NCBI RefSeq assembly: GCF_035084215.1
Contig: NC_090363.1
Coordinates: 5,766,001 to 5,830,000 of the forward strand
From: Heptranchias perlo
Lineage: Eukaryota
Length of the DNA: 64,000 nucleotides
Direction: 5' to 3'
In this document: one piece after another, positions 24,420 to 36,870 of the stretch
Numbering within the stretch: the stretch's first letter is position 1
Layout: each line of letters starts with the position of its first letter
Made by a program: the position numbers and the translations under genes
Notes under the pieces: generated by a model
Told to the model about the DNA's origin: nothing
Seen by the model: only the letters and a program-made list of their open reading frames with translations
Databases searched by the model: none

Positions 24420-26626
24420 CTGGAATATGAACAGAAAGTGTTATATAGATATATGATGCAGACAATGTATCATCATTCTCAATCAGCAGTGGTTAGTTTT
24501 TTACTTTCTCCCCTCAAACCCCATTCCTTCCGGTTGCCAACTTTGGCTGGGCACAGCACCAGGGCTGCCAATCTCCAATAAGTTATCTAAATGGCCAATC
24601 TTCATACAGGAAGGTTAGAATTCTCCCGTCAGCATTCCCATCCTATTGTTCTTATTGGGAAATTCGAATCGCAAACCCAGCATTTTTCCAAATCAAGGAT
24701 GACACCTAGCATAGGAACGGAGGAACAGGAGTAGGCCGTTCAGCCTGTTCCACCATTCAGTGAGATTATGGCTGATCTGTATCTTAACTCCATCTGCCTG
24801 CCTTGGTTCAATATCCCTTAATACCCTTGTCTGACACAAATCTATCAATCTCAGTATTGAAAATTTCTTTTGACCCCCCCATCCTCAACAGCTTTTTGGG
24901 GGAAGAGTTCCAGATTCCCACTACCCTATGTGTGAAGAAATGCTTCCTGACATCACCCCTGTACGACCTAGCTCTAATTTTAAGGTTATGCCCCCTTGTT
25001 CTAGACGCATCCCTCCCTTACCACAGGATCAATGGAAGGCGGAGAATCAACAACACAACTGAGGGGATTGTTTTTCTCAGAGCAGTAAAAGAGAGAGGTC
25101 ACTGGATGAATTTATTTTGAACTGAGGACTAAGTGATGGAGTGACCAGCTGGAGTGAAGTGAGTGGGAGTGACCAGCAGTCCTGAGTTCCATGAAAGATG
25201 TAGATGGATATATGGTTGGAGGAGATTCATCACATGGGGCTGTCCAGGGGATTGAAAGCAAGGGTGGGACTCTTGAGGTCCACATTCTGTGGCAGGGAAG
25301 ACAATGGAATTCGTCAATGATAGTAACGATAAATGCAAAGAAAGCCTTGGATTCCTACAGAGCCCTTCACAATCTCAGGACATCCCAAAGAACTTTACAG
25401 CCAATGAAGTACTTCTGAAGTGTAGTCGGTGTTTCACTCTCGGGAAGTTTTGTTAGGCAAGGGTATGAGGGGACATGGAACCAAGGGGGGTAAATGGAGT
25501 TGAGATACAGATAAGCTATGATGTAATTGAATGACGGAACAGGCTCCAAGGGCTAAATGGCCTACGCCTTTTCCTATGTTCCTATGTAATGTATGGAACT
25601 ATGGTGTGACAGTGGATTCACAGTGTAGTTATATCAATGAATTGGAGTTTGTGAAGGGTCGCAGAAGCTAGCCAAGAGATGATTAGAGAAGTCTGTTCTG
25701 GAGGCAATGGAGGTCTAGATTAAGGGTTCAGTGCCAAAGAGAGAGAGATTGGGCGGGGAGGTGATAGGGATGCAAGCGGGCGATTGTCTGGAGGGGGTAA
25801 TATCGTCTTTGTGACTGACTGGATGGGGGCAAGTAGATCAACTCAGGATCGAACAGAACACTGAGTTTGTACACAATCTCGGCTGCTGGGAGGATTGTTG
25901 GGACTGAAACCAAAGTTATAGAGCTGTTAGAAATAGAAAGGGATGGTTTCAGTTTTGGCGGAATTTCGGCGTATCCATAATTTGATGTTGGTTGGATGGC
26001 CAACGGGCAGAGTGGAATCATAGGTGGAGGAGAGATACTGTTAAGCATCACCAACATACACTGTCGACTCAAGTATATCCTGCATTTCCTTAGGTTTCTC
26101 CATATGGGCTCTTTCAAAAAATAAGCAGCTAAAAAGGGTTAGGGTCAAACTTAAATCTGCTATGCACTTGTTTTAAACTGCCCGGTATGTTCTTTAATCA
26201 GTCAGACCTGGTGACCTGGGTGGTCAGTGGCTTAGACTCGTTGAGCTGATCTATCAGTGAAGCCACTGCACATTTTGACACCACGGAAATAAAAACAGAA
26301 CATGCTGAAAACGCTCAGCAGGTCAGGTCGCTCCACAGTGTTTGTTAAAGGCCACACCGCCATATTAGTGTTCTGTTGCCATAGTTTGGAAGGATGGAAG
26401 CTCCTCTCTAACGTTAGGTGATCACTACCTGTGCTGTGCTGATTATTCACTATTAATTGCACTTCGAGTTTCCCTCAATCACAGACAATTATTTATAGTG
26501 ATAGACACTTGAAAAGTTCACATGAAGTCCATCGTAGCACAAAGGGAAAAATTGTCAGAAAAACCACCGCGTTCGACTTTCAATAATGTGATTGTCAAAA
26601 TCTAAGAAATGCGCATAAATACTAAC

Positions 26627-26667
26627 CGTATAATTCACCTCTTCCCGATTGTGTAACCGTATGTGGC
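26627..26667 (-). CDS. NCR3: Gene A cytoplasmic exon (GPHTVTQSGRGELY)
   Basis: ttgtag acceptor, gttagt donor (alternative in-frame gtgaat donor would end the exon at 26639); phase 2->1. Confidence 0.6.
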
Positions 26668-26769
26668 CTACAAGGTAAGATCAAGTTAAATACAATTATA
26701 TATTGCATATTGCTAATTTGTAAATGTCAATTTATACATAAACTAATAATGCATTATTCTTTGACATAC

Positions 26770-26788
26770 CCTTTAAGTCTTGATATCA
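26770..26788 (-). CDS. NCR3: Gene A 19-nt cytoplasmic microexon (VISRLK)
   Basis: Strong polypyrimidine acceptor ttttcttttatttag and gtatgt donor; needed to keep the downstream frame open. Confidence 0.65.
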
Positions 26789-26993
26789 CTAAATAAAAGA
26801 AAAGATCATAAGATTAGAAAACTTTACAGGTACTTTTTAGTTTCTTTGCGTTTCACACGGTAAATAACAGCTATTAATATTTACACGAACACATATTTCC
26901 GTGATCATCGCCAAGTTTACGACAAATCTGTGATTATAGACTAGCATTAATACGTCTCATAATGAACACAAACACGATTCAGAAAAACGTTAC

Positions 26994-27125
26994 CTTTACT
27001 TTGATAGTACAGCCGACACAGCAGGAGAATAATTATAACGGAGAACAAGCTCAGCACTCCTGTCGTCAGTGGAAATGCTCCATCGTTGGTTGAAACGTCC
27101 CGTGGAGGACAATTAGGTACCTTCT
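26994..27125 (-). CDS. NCR3: Gene A stalk + TM exon (KKVPNCPPRDVSTNDGAFPLTTGVLSLFSVIIILLLCRLYYQSK)
   Basis: tcccag/gtaacg; 132 nt, phase 1-1; hydrophobic helix. Confidence 0.85.
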
Positions 27126-27201
27126 CTGGGATAAGACGACAAAGAATGCTCATTTCACAACTCAGTGTTTGGTCATTAAGCTTACAATCTGAATCACAAG
27201 A

Positions 27202-28976
27202 GAGAGAGTAGGGCCTCTTAAGGATCAACAAGGTCATCTATGTGCGGAACCACAAGAGATGGGTGAGATCCTAAATGAATATTTCACATCGGTATTTACG
27301 GTTGAGATAGGCATGGATGTTAGGGAACTTGGGGAAATAAATAGTGATGTCTTGAGGAGTGTACATATTACAGAGAGGGAGGTGCTGGAAGTCTTAACGC
27401 GCATCAAGGTAGATAAATCTCCGGGACCTGATGAAATGTATCCCAGGACGTTATGGGAGGTTAGGGAGGAAATTGTGGGTCCCCTAGCAGAGATATTTGA
27501 ATCATCGACAGCTACAGGTGAGGTGCCTGAAGATTGGAGGGTAGCAAATGTTGTGCCTTTGTTTAAGAAGGACGGCAGGGAAAAGCCTGGGAACTACAGA
27601 CCGGTGAGCCTGACATCTGTAGTGGGTAAGTTGTTAGAGGGTATTCTGAGAGACAGGATCTACGGGCATTTGGAGAGGCAGTGACTGATTAGGAACAGTC
27701 AGCATGGTTTTGTGAGAGCAAAATCATGTCTCACAAATTTGATTGAGTTTTTTGAAGGGGTAACCAAGAAGATAGATGAGGGCTGTGCAGTAGACGTGGT
27801 CTACATGGACTTCAGCAAAGCCTTTGACAAGGTACCGCATGGTAGGTTGTTACATGAGGTTAGATCTCATGGGATCCAAGGTGAGGTAGCCAATTGGATA
27901 CAAAATTGGATTGACGACAGAAGACAGAGGGTGGTTGTGGAGGGTTGTTTTTCAAATTGGAGGCCTGTGACCAGCGGTGTGCCTCAGGGATCGGTGCTGG
28001 GTCCGCTGTTATTTGTTATTTATATTAATGATTTGGATGAGAATTTAGGAGGCATGGTTAGTAAGTTTGCAGATGACACCAAGATTGGTGGCATTGTGGA
28101 CAGTGAAGAAGGTTATCTAGGATTGCAACGGGATCTTGATAAATTTGACCAGTGGGCCGATGAATGGCAAATGGAGTTTAATTTAGATAAATGTGAGGTG
28201 ATGCATTTTGGTAGATCGAATCGGGCCAGGACCTACTCCGTTAATGGTAGGGCGTTGGGGAGAGTTATAGAACAAAGGGATCTAGGAGTACAGGTTCATA
28301 GTTCCTTGAAAGTGGAATCACAGGTGGATAGGATGGTGAAGAAGGCATTCAGCATGCTTGGTTTCATTGGTCAGAATATTGAATACAGGAGTTGGGATGT
28401 CTTGTTGAAGTTGTACAAGACATTAGTTAGGCCACACTTGGAATACCGTGTACAGTTCTGGTCACCCTATTATAGAAAGGATATTATTAAACTGGAAAGA
28501 GTGCAGAAAAGATTGACTAGAATGCTACCGGGACTTGATGGTTTGACTTATAGGGAGAGGTTGGATAGACTGAGACTTTTTTCCCTGGAGAGTAGGAGTG
28601 ATCTTATAGAAGTCTATAAAATAATGAGGGGCATAGATAAGGTCGATAGTCAAAATCTTTTCCCAAAGGTAGGGGAGTCTATAACGAGGGGGCATAGATT
28701 TAAGGTGAGAGGGGAGAGATACAAAAGGGTCCAGAGGGGCAATTTTTTCACTCAAAGGGCGGTGAGTGTCTGGAACGAGCTGCCAGAGGCAGTAGTAGAG
28801 GCGGGTACAATTTTGTCTTTTAAAAAGCATTTGGACAGATACATGGGTAAGATGGGTATAGAGGGATATGGGCCAAGTGCAGGCAACTGGGACTAGCTTA
28901 GTGGTATAAACTGGGCGACATGGACATGTTGGGCCAAAGGGCCTGTTTCCATGTTGTAAACTTCTATGATTCTATG
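27202..28976 (+). mobile_element. CR1 LINE, 5'-truncated, RT nearly intact
   Basis: ORFs 27259-27684 and 27712-28896 (YMDFSKAFDKVPH, GVPQGSVLGP, KFADD); (TTCTATGA)n tail. Confidence 0.95.
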
Positions 28977-29831
28977 AAACTGCAACATGCAATTTTCATA
29001 TAGGTATTTCCTATAAAGTTAGACATTCTTTGGATAAATAGCACATTACACCATTAAACACTGCAGGCAATATAAACTCAATAAAACCATTAAACATTTC
29101 TGAGGAATTAACTCAAATAAACGAAGGTTTCATTCGCTCAACGCAACTATTCCATATTCCAGGGTTGGTAAATTCAGTTAAACTACCTTTGCTCTAAGAC
29201 CATTACCGAAATTAAACTATAGAGTTCCGGATGCGGATTGGAATAGATAGAAAATTTCTCATAACTTCACTGTCACCTGCAAATATTGTTTCGCTTTCCT
29301 ATCTAGCTAGCGCTCCACACCTGCCCCAACGTCTATGTCTAACAAAAATCAAGGTTGCTGGCAGTTTCATCAGTAAAACCGAAGTCACCAGAATAGATTT
29401 AACTTGTGCATTATCCAAGTTTTTTTTGGCAGGAGTTACACCTTCCTTCCCCCCATTTTCTCCCTTGTAGGCCCAGGAGGAAACCGTTCGAAACGGCCGC
29501 AGTGCTCGATCTCCACCCCCCCCCCTCCCCCTTTACCCAATGGGGAAGCAGCAGTTCCCTGCTCAGGGCAGAGAACGGGAACTCAGGGTGGGTGGGGGTT
29601 GCAATGGTTGGGGTGGAGCCTCCTATGGGCCATCCCACTACAGCACCTCGCCGTCAATAGTCAGATTTAAACTCCGCCTCAAACTTAGTAAAATGTCCCA
29701 AGGCACTTTCACAGGCTGGCAATCAGACAAAAATGCACACACCGAACTGATATCTCAGAGCACATGCACAGCCATAGAGATGTCAAGGTATTGGCCAATT
29801 CTTACAATGAACTCTGATCTTTTCTACTTAC

Positions 29832-30170
29832 TTTCAGTTATTATAAGTTGTGTTCCTGTCCCGTTTCCATCCCCAAATGTCGGGATTTCCACCTCGCAGT
29901 AGTAAAAATCCGAGTCCATTTTCGTTAAATTGACGATTTTAATGAAAGCCAGTTGTTGGGCAAATAATTCCGGCCCCGACTTCGTCAGCCGGTTCTGATA
30001 GAAAGGATTCCGATCTAACACTTCCACGTTTTGTGAGGCCCGTCTCCAACCCACTCGTCCGACAGTGCCGTTCCCTTCAAAAGTGCAGTTCATCTGCACT
30101 GAATCTCCTTCTGTTAGAGTAATGTTGGCCGGTGACTGGAACACGCTGAGCTCACTCATCAACCCATTGT
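29832..30170 (-). CDS. NCR3: NKp30/NCR3-like gene A, VJ-type IgV exon
   Basis: ctctag/gtaagt; 339 nt, phase 1-1; Cys..W..RL..DSDFYYCEVEI..GNGTGTQL closely follows NKp30 (YVCRVEVLGLGVGTGNGTRL). Confidence 0.9.
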
Positions 30171-30314
30171 CTAGAGTGTCAATGGGACAATGTAATCTGT
30201 CAATAATTTCCTATATATTTACAGACCAGTACTTAGTTCTGTCTGGAGGGTTGACGCTCATATTAAAATGTCTTTCCGTATCACTAATTGATGTTACTGG
30301 GTGTCTTTTTAATT

Positions 30315-30940
30315 AGAATTACCATCAACCCCATATCCCATACCAACAACATCCTGGGGGGGGGGGGTCGCCATGAACCAGAAACCCAACTGGACCAGCC
30401 GCATAAATACCAGGCCACCAGAGAAGGGCAGAGGCTGGGTGTTCTGCAGCGAGTGGCTCACCGCCTGACTCTCCAAAGCCTCTCCACCACCTACAAGGCA
30501 CAAATCAGGAGTGTGATGAAATACTGTCCACTTGCCTAGACAGTGCAGCTGCAGCAACACTCAAGATATGGACACCATCCAGGAAAATGTAGTTGGCTTG
30601 ATCAGCAGCCCGTCCACCACCTTGAACATTCACTCCCTCCACCACTGGCACACTGTGGCTGCAGTGTGTACCATCTACAAGATGCACTGCGGCAACTCGC
30701 CAAGGTTTCTTCAACAGCACCTCCCAAACCCGCGGACCTCTACCAGTTAGAAGATCAAGGGCAGCAGGTGCATGAGAACACCATCAACTCCAGGTTCCCT
30801 TCCAAGTCACAGATCATCCTGATTTGGACATATATTGCTGTTCCTTCATCATCACTGCATGAAAATCCTGGAACTCCCTACCTAACAGTAATATAGGAGT
30901 ACTATCACCACATGGATTGCAGCAGCTCAAGAAAGCGGCT
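30315..30940 (+). mobile_element. Same LINE family as 33846, degenerate
   Basis: Similarity to 33980-34600. Confidence 0.85.
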
Positions 30941-30959
30941 CAAAGATTCCCTTCTATGC

Positions 30960-32480
30960 AGTTAACATAAAAGGGAATCCAAAAGTCTTCTATAGACATA
31001 TATATAGTAGACGGGTGGTAAGAGGAGGGATGTGGCCGATTAGGGACCAAAAAGGAGATATACGCATTGAGGCAGAAGGCATGGCTGAGGTACTAAATGA
31101 GTACTTTGCATCTGTCTTTACCGAGGAAGAAGATACGGCCAAAGCCACAGTAAAAGAGGAGGTAGTTGAGATATTGTATGGGATAAAAATTGTTAAAGAG
31201 GAGGTACTAGAAAGGCTGGCTGTACTTAAAGTAGATAAATCACCAGATCCTGGTTGGGTGCATCCTAGGTTGCTGAGGGAAGTAAGGGTGGAAATTATGG
31301 AAGTGCTGGCCACAATTTTCCAATCCTCCTTAGTCACAGGGATGGTGCATGAGGACTGGAGAATTGCAAATGTTACACCCTTGTTCAAAAAAGGATGTAA
31401 AGATAAACCCAGCAACTACAGGCCAGTCAGTTTAACCTCGGTGGTGGGGAAGCTTTTAGAAACAATAATCCGGGACAAAATTAATAGTCACTTGGACAAG
31501 AGTGGATTAATAAGGGAAAGCCAGCATGGATTTGTTAAAGGTAAATCGTGTTTGACTAACTTGATTGAGTTTTTTGATGAGGTAACGGAAAGGGTTGATG
31601 AAGGCAATATGGTTGATGTTGTGTATATGGACTTTCAAAGGCGTTTGATAAAGTGCCACATAATAGGCTTGTCAATAAAATTGAAGCCCATGGAATAAAA
31701 GGGGCAGCGGCAACATGGATACGAAATTGGCTAAGTAGCAGAGAACAGAGGGTAGTGGTGAACAGTTGCTTTTCAGACTGGAGGAAAGTATGCAGTGGTG
31801 TTCCCCAGGGGTGGATACTGGAACCTCTGCTTTTCTTGGTATACAATTTTACAACACCAAGTTATAGTCCAACAATTTTATTTGGGCTATAAATTGGTGT
31901 TGTAAAATTGTTTACAATTGTCAACCCCAGTCAATCACCGGCATCTCCACATCATTTCTTGGTATATAATAATGACTTGGGTGTACAGGGCCACAATTTC
32001 AAAATTTTCAGATGTCACAAAACTTGGAAGTGTAGTGAACAGTGAGGAGGATTATGATAGACTTCAAGAGGATATAGACAGGCTGGTGGAGTGAGTGGAC
32101 AAGTGGCAAATGAAATTTAATGCTGAGAATTGTGAGGTGATACATTTTGGTAGGAAGAACGAGGAGAGGCAGTATAAACTAAAGGGGGACAACTCTAAAG
32201 GGGGTGCAGGATCAGAGAGACCCGGGGTACACAGGTCGCTGAAGGTGGCAGGGCAGGTTGAGAAAGTGGTTAAGAAAGCATACGAGATCCTAGGCTTTGT
32301 ACAACACTGGTTCGACCACAATTGGAGTATTGTGCGCGGTTCTGGGCACCACACTTTAGAAAGGATGTGAAGGCCTTAGAGAGGGTGCAGAAAAGATTTA
32401 CTAGAATGGTTTCAGGGATGAGGGACCTCAGTTATGCGAATAGACTGGAAAAGCTGGGATTGTTCTCCTTGGAGCAGAGA
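30960..32480 (+). mobile_element. CR1 LINE fragment, degenerate
   Basis: RT-region ORFs at 31015, 31653, 32095, 32322. Confidence 0.9.
31844..31954. mobile_element. 111-bp hairpin insertion (Penelope-type terminus) with 12-bp TSD
   Basis: 30-bp inverted repeat; flanked by TTTCTTGGTATA at 31832 and 31955. Confidence 0.75.
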
Positions 32481-32542
32481 AATCTGTCCTTTCTATTTTG
32501 TCAAGTGTAAGTATGGGAACGTTGGAAACATGTTGAATATTA

Positions 32543-32960
32543 CATAGAATTACATAGAATATACAACACAGAGACAGACCACTCGGCCCAACAGGTCCAT
32601 GCTGGTGTTTATGCTTCACATGAGCTTCCTCCCTCCCTACTTCATTTAACCCTATCGGCATATCCTTCTATTCCTTTCTCCCTGGTGTGTTTATCTAGCT
32701 TCCCCTTAAATGTATCTACACTATTCGCCTCAACTACTCCTTGTGGTAGTGAGTTCCACATTCTCACCACTCTCTGGGTAAAGAAGTTTCTCCTGAATTC
32801 CCAATTGTATTTGTTAGTGACTATCTTATGTTTAAGGCCCCTAGTTCTGGTCTCCCCCGCAAGTGGAAACATCTTTTCTATGTCTACCCTATCAAACCCC
32901 TTCATAATCTAAAAGACCTCTATCAGGGAATCCCTCAGTCTTTTTTTCTGGAGAAAAGAG
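32543..32960 (-). mobile_element. CR1 3' end
   Basis: ORF 32642-32905 (RRNFFTQRVVRMWNSLP) and tail. Confidence 0.85.
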
Positions 32961-33162
32961 CCACAGTCTGATCAAACTTTTCTGGTGAGCTGATGAATAG
33001 GAACTGTTTGCTAACGGAACAATTTGTGTCTAACTCAAAGGCATTGAATTGTCCAGTAGAAGGTATAACATGTAAGACAATTTCATGTATAACACAATCG
33101 TACACGTTCAAACCTGAATAAAGATAAAACTAAAATGAGAAAATATGAAGACAGTGACTCAC

Positions 33163-33220
33163 CAATATGTAAAAACATTGTCACTAAATTCAGGATCGTC
33201 CATATGTGAATAGTTTGCAT
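33163..33220 (-). CDS. NCR3: NKp30/NCR3-like gene A, leader exon (MQTIHIWTILNLVTMFLHI)
   Basis: ATG, hydrophobic peptide, phase-1 gtgagt donor; identical copy upstream of gene B. Confidence 0.8.
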
Positions 33221-33300
33221 TTTTACACGTTCTCTACAGGACAATACCAGCTCACGTTTGGCTTGCAGCGACCCAAAGTGCTGCTAAACACAGCAAACAT

Positions 33301-33365
33301 TCCACCGCAGGCACTGACGTGTGTGGAAAAAAAACCTGCGGTGGTTTAATTACCACAGACCACGA
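33301..33365. promoter_or_regulatory. RUNX-core cluster (ACCGCA, TGCGGT, ACCACA) plus TGACGT upstream of the gene A leader
   Basis: Three RUNX cores within 55 bp, ~85-140 bp upstream of the ATG. Confidence 0.45.
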
Positions 33366-33845
33366 ACTATGTTTATTATTTTTCCAATTGTGCTGGGAAA
33401 CAATATTTTAACAATAATTAGGAAAGAACACTACGTCAATGTTGCATAAGCGTCACCGAGTATATTGAGACAAAAATGGATTAGAGTTCAGTTTAATCCT
33501 CCATAAACTACAATGGTTTGCACCGGAGATAGAAACTCATCTTAAGTTTCCTCAAAAAGCAGAATGTATGGAAACAGTGCGCAGTGTAAAGCCAGATTGA
33601 AATGTGGAATTCCATGGATGAAACTATGCAGCGATAGACTCCATGGCGGGATTACCCAAATGGACACTTCGGATAGATACCCGGAGTCTCTGATATGCCT
33701 TTGGCACCAGATTCCGGGATGACCCATTTGCTTCAGAAGAAGAATGCGCGCGGAGAAAATCAGAAGGGAAACTTTATTGAAAAAACTTAGACAGAATTAT
33801 AAAAGCAGATTCTGTTAGCAGAGGGTGTTACATTCAAAAGGCCTG

Positions 33846-34682
33846 TATGCAGCAAGACCTGGACAACGTCCAGGATTGGGCTGATAAGTGGCAAGTAACA
33901 TTCGCGCCAGATAAGTGCCAGGCAATGACCATCCCCAACAAGAGAGAGTCTAACCACCTCCCCTTGACATTCAACGGCATTACCATCGCCGAATCCCCCA
34001 CCATCAACATCCTGGGGGTCACCATTGACCAGAAACTTAACTGGACCAGCCACATAAATACTGTGGCTACAAGAGTAGGTCAGAGGCTGGGTATTCTGCA
34101 GTGAGTGACTCACCTCCTGACTCCCCAAAGCCTTTCCACCATCTACAAGGCACAAGTCAGGAGTGTGATGGAATACTCTCCACTTGCCTGGATGAGTTCA
34201 GCTCCAACAACACTCAAGAAGCTCGACACCATCCAGGACAAAGCAGCCCGCTTGGTTGGCACCCCATCCATCACCCTAAACATTCACTCCCTTCACCACT
34301 GGCACACCGTGGCTGTAGTGTGTACCATCCACAGGATGCGCTGCAGCAACTTGCCAAGGCTTCTTCAACAGCACCTCCCAAACCCGTGACCTCTATCACC
34401 TAGAAGGACAAGAACAGCAGACACATGGGAAGAACACCACCTGCACATTCCCCTCCAAGTCACACACCATCCCGACTTGGAAATATATCGCCGTTCCTTC
34501 ATCGTCTCTGGATCAAAATCCTGGAACTCCCTACCTAACAGCACTGTGGGAGAACCTTCACCACACAGACTGCAGCGGTTTAAGAAGGCGGCTCACCACC
34601 ATCTTCTCAAGGGCAATTAGGGATGGGCAATAAATGCAGGCCTCGCCAGCGATGCCCACATCCCATGAACGAATAAAAAAAA
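33846..34682 (+). mobile_element. Second non-LTR retrotransposon family, 3' fragment with A-tail
   Basis: QQDLDNVQDWADKWQVTF..LGVTIDQKLNW..IYKAQVRSVMEY. Confidence 0.9.
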
Positions 34683-36019
34683 TATATAAATGTACACAAA
34701 ATTTGCAACTTTTTTCAACACAGATATTCAGCAATCTATGCAATGGACCTAGGTCCACAGTGGAGGGCAGCAACAAGATTTAAAATAATAGCAGAGAAAA
34801 TAAATTGATGACACCAAGCACAGGCACGATGGGCCGAATGGCCTCTTTCTGTGCTGGACCATTCTACGAAGCTGTAGATTGCAAAATGAAGAGAAGGTGG
34901 AGGAAGGTAATGATTTCCATAACTTTCAGCTCCTGGGTCATAGTAAGTTACAACAGGAGAGGAACTTGATTTCAACACCATAATAATGCAGGGAGGTGTA
35001 AGAGGGCAAATTTGGAGCTTAGAATACCCGGGAAATCAGAGGAGCGCTGGTCATAGTACAGCAATATCAATAAACCAGCATGAAAACAGAACTGTCACGT
35101 CTTCACAAAGATTATTGATAAAAGTGCATTTAGTTAAACGTTTAAGTGGCTAAACTTTGAGAGTGTGCTTTGCCTTAAGACGTGGTGATCTCTGTCTGGG
35201 TCAGGTTCAAATGAAACAACCTCAGTTCCTTCTCTATTAGTTTTTAATAAAATCTTATTTATTCATTTTGAAAGAGTTTTTTGACCAGTTTTTGATGTTA
35301 AATAGAGTAATACGTGTCGTAGAAGACAAATTGAACTTTAATTTCTGAAGCCAACAAATGGTAATGGAATGATTGTACAGCACAAAGAAACGATCACAAT
35401 GTAGCAAATGTGTTTAACGATGGATTAATCTAATAAATTTAAAAAATAAAACCAGTTCTTCTTTTGTGTCTATTCTGACAGAGAATGAAAGCAACCACCA
35501 TTGTGCAATGCTTAATTCAGCTGTAGAGGGATATGAAGCCTTTTTAGTGTTTCAGTATGAGTTGTCCAAATAGGGAACCGATTTCTGTACAGCGATCAAA
35601 CCCACGAACTAACTTATAGTGTTTCGTAGCTGCATTTGCAAATCACAATTCTGGTATTGCATTACCTCTTTCACCCATCGATACCTGGCTACACGTTTCA
35701 AGATCTTACTGACAGATCAATGTCACTTTATTGGAAATTAGTTTTGCAGAAATATAATATCAGTGAATCATAACGTCTAGTGTAATGTACATTTTGGTTT
35801 CCTGCATAAATTACAAAACCACTTCGCTCTACCGCTGGTGCAAATTCAAAGTGCTAAGCCATCAATGGGAAGACACTACAAATCATTTGGGTCATAAACT
35901 GACCTGCTGGAAAAGCTCAGCAGGTCAAGTAGAATCTATGGGAAAAGGAAAAAAAGTTAACGTTTCAGGTATATAATCTGAAGATGCATTTAAGGGGGAG
36001 CTAGATAAGAACATGAGGG

Positions 36020-36870
36020 GAAAGGGATAGAAGGATATGTTGATGGGGTTAGATGAAGTAAGGTGGGCGGAGACTGGTGTGGAGCATAAACACCAGTATA
36101 GATCTGTTGGGCCGAACGGCCTGTTTCTGTGCTGTAAATTCGATGTAATTCTATGTAACAATCCTTCGTCAGGACGGGAAGGGATTAAAAATGGACAGTT
36201 TATACGAAGGAGCAGAGCAAGAGAGTGGAGGGGTAATTTCATACAAAAGAAAATAAAATAAGAGGGCAGACGGGGCCTCGGTGTAACGTCTCATCCGAAA
36301 GACGCCACTCCCTCTGTACTGTCACTGGGAGTGTCAGCCTAGATTTTCTGCTCAATACTTTGCAGCTGGACTTGAATCAACAGCCTTCTGACTCAGAGGC
36401 GAGAGCGCGATCCACCACTGAACAACAACATTTAGAACTGCACTAATATGGAAACTTGTGAATAATTTTATTCCAGTAATCTTCTTGGAGGTTAATAAAG
36501 ATGTGCTACTTTTGTCACTTCATGAAAGCAGAAAGGGTCACTTTCGTGTGAAGAATTCCATGCAGTTTAGCACAGAGAACTGATACCTTCCTGATCACGT
36601 TCAAAAAGGGAAACGGTATATAAAGAAAACCAAAGATTAAACTGTGTACTATCACAATGAGACCAAAGTTCTTATTCTTTAACAAAGTGTTCAAAATCAT
36701 GTAGGGCTTAGATAAAGTAAATAAAGAGAAACTTTTCCCATTGGCGGAAGGGTCGAGAACCAGAGGACACAGAGTTAAGGTGATTGGCAAAAGAACCAAA
36801 GGCGACGCGAGGGGGAACTTTTTTTGTGCAGCGAGTAGTTATGATCTGGAATGCACTGTCTGAAAGGGTG
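36020..36870. repeat. Segmental duplicate of ~57760-58630
   Basis: Near-identical sequence; ORF-track translations 36037/57776 and 36515/58274 match. Confidence 0.92.

Larger units (their letters stand above)
32750..33645. repeat. Segmental duplicate of ~56358-57736 (leader/promoter block)
   Basis: Near-identical sequence; this copy lacks ~56711-57187. Confidence 0.92.

Noticed and set aside
26627-26667. Alternative frame giving EEVNYT, an apparent ITIM start
   Set aside because: Without the microexon the next exon reads AAA TAA, so VxYxxL is never completed
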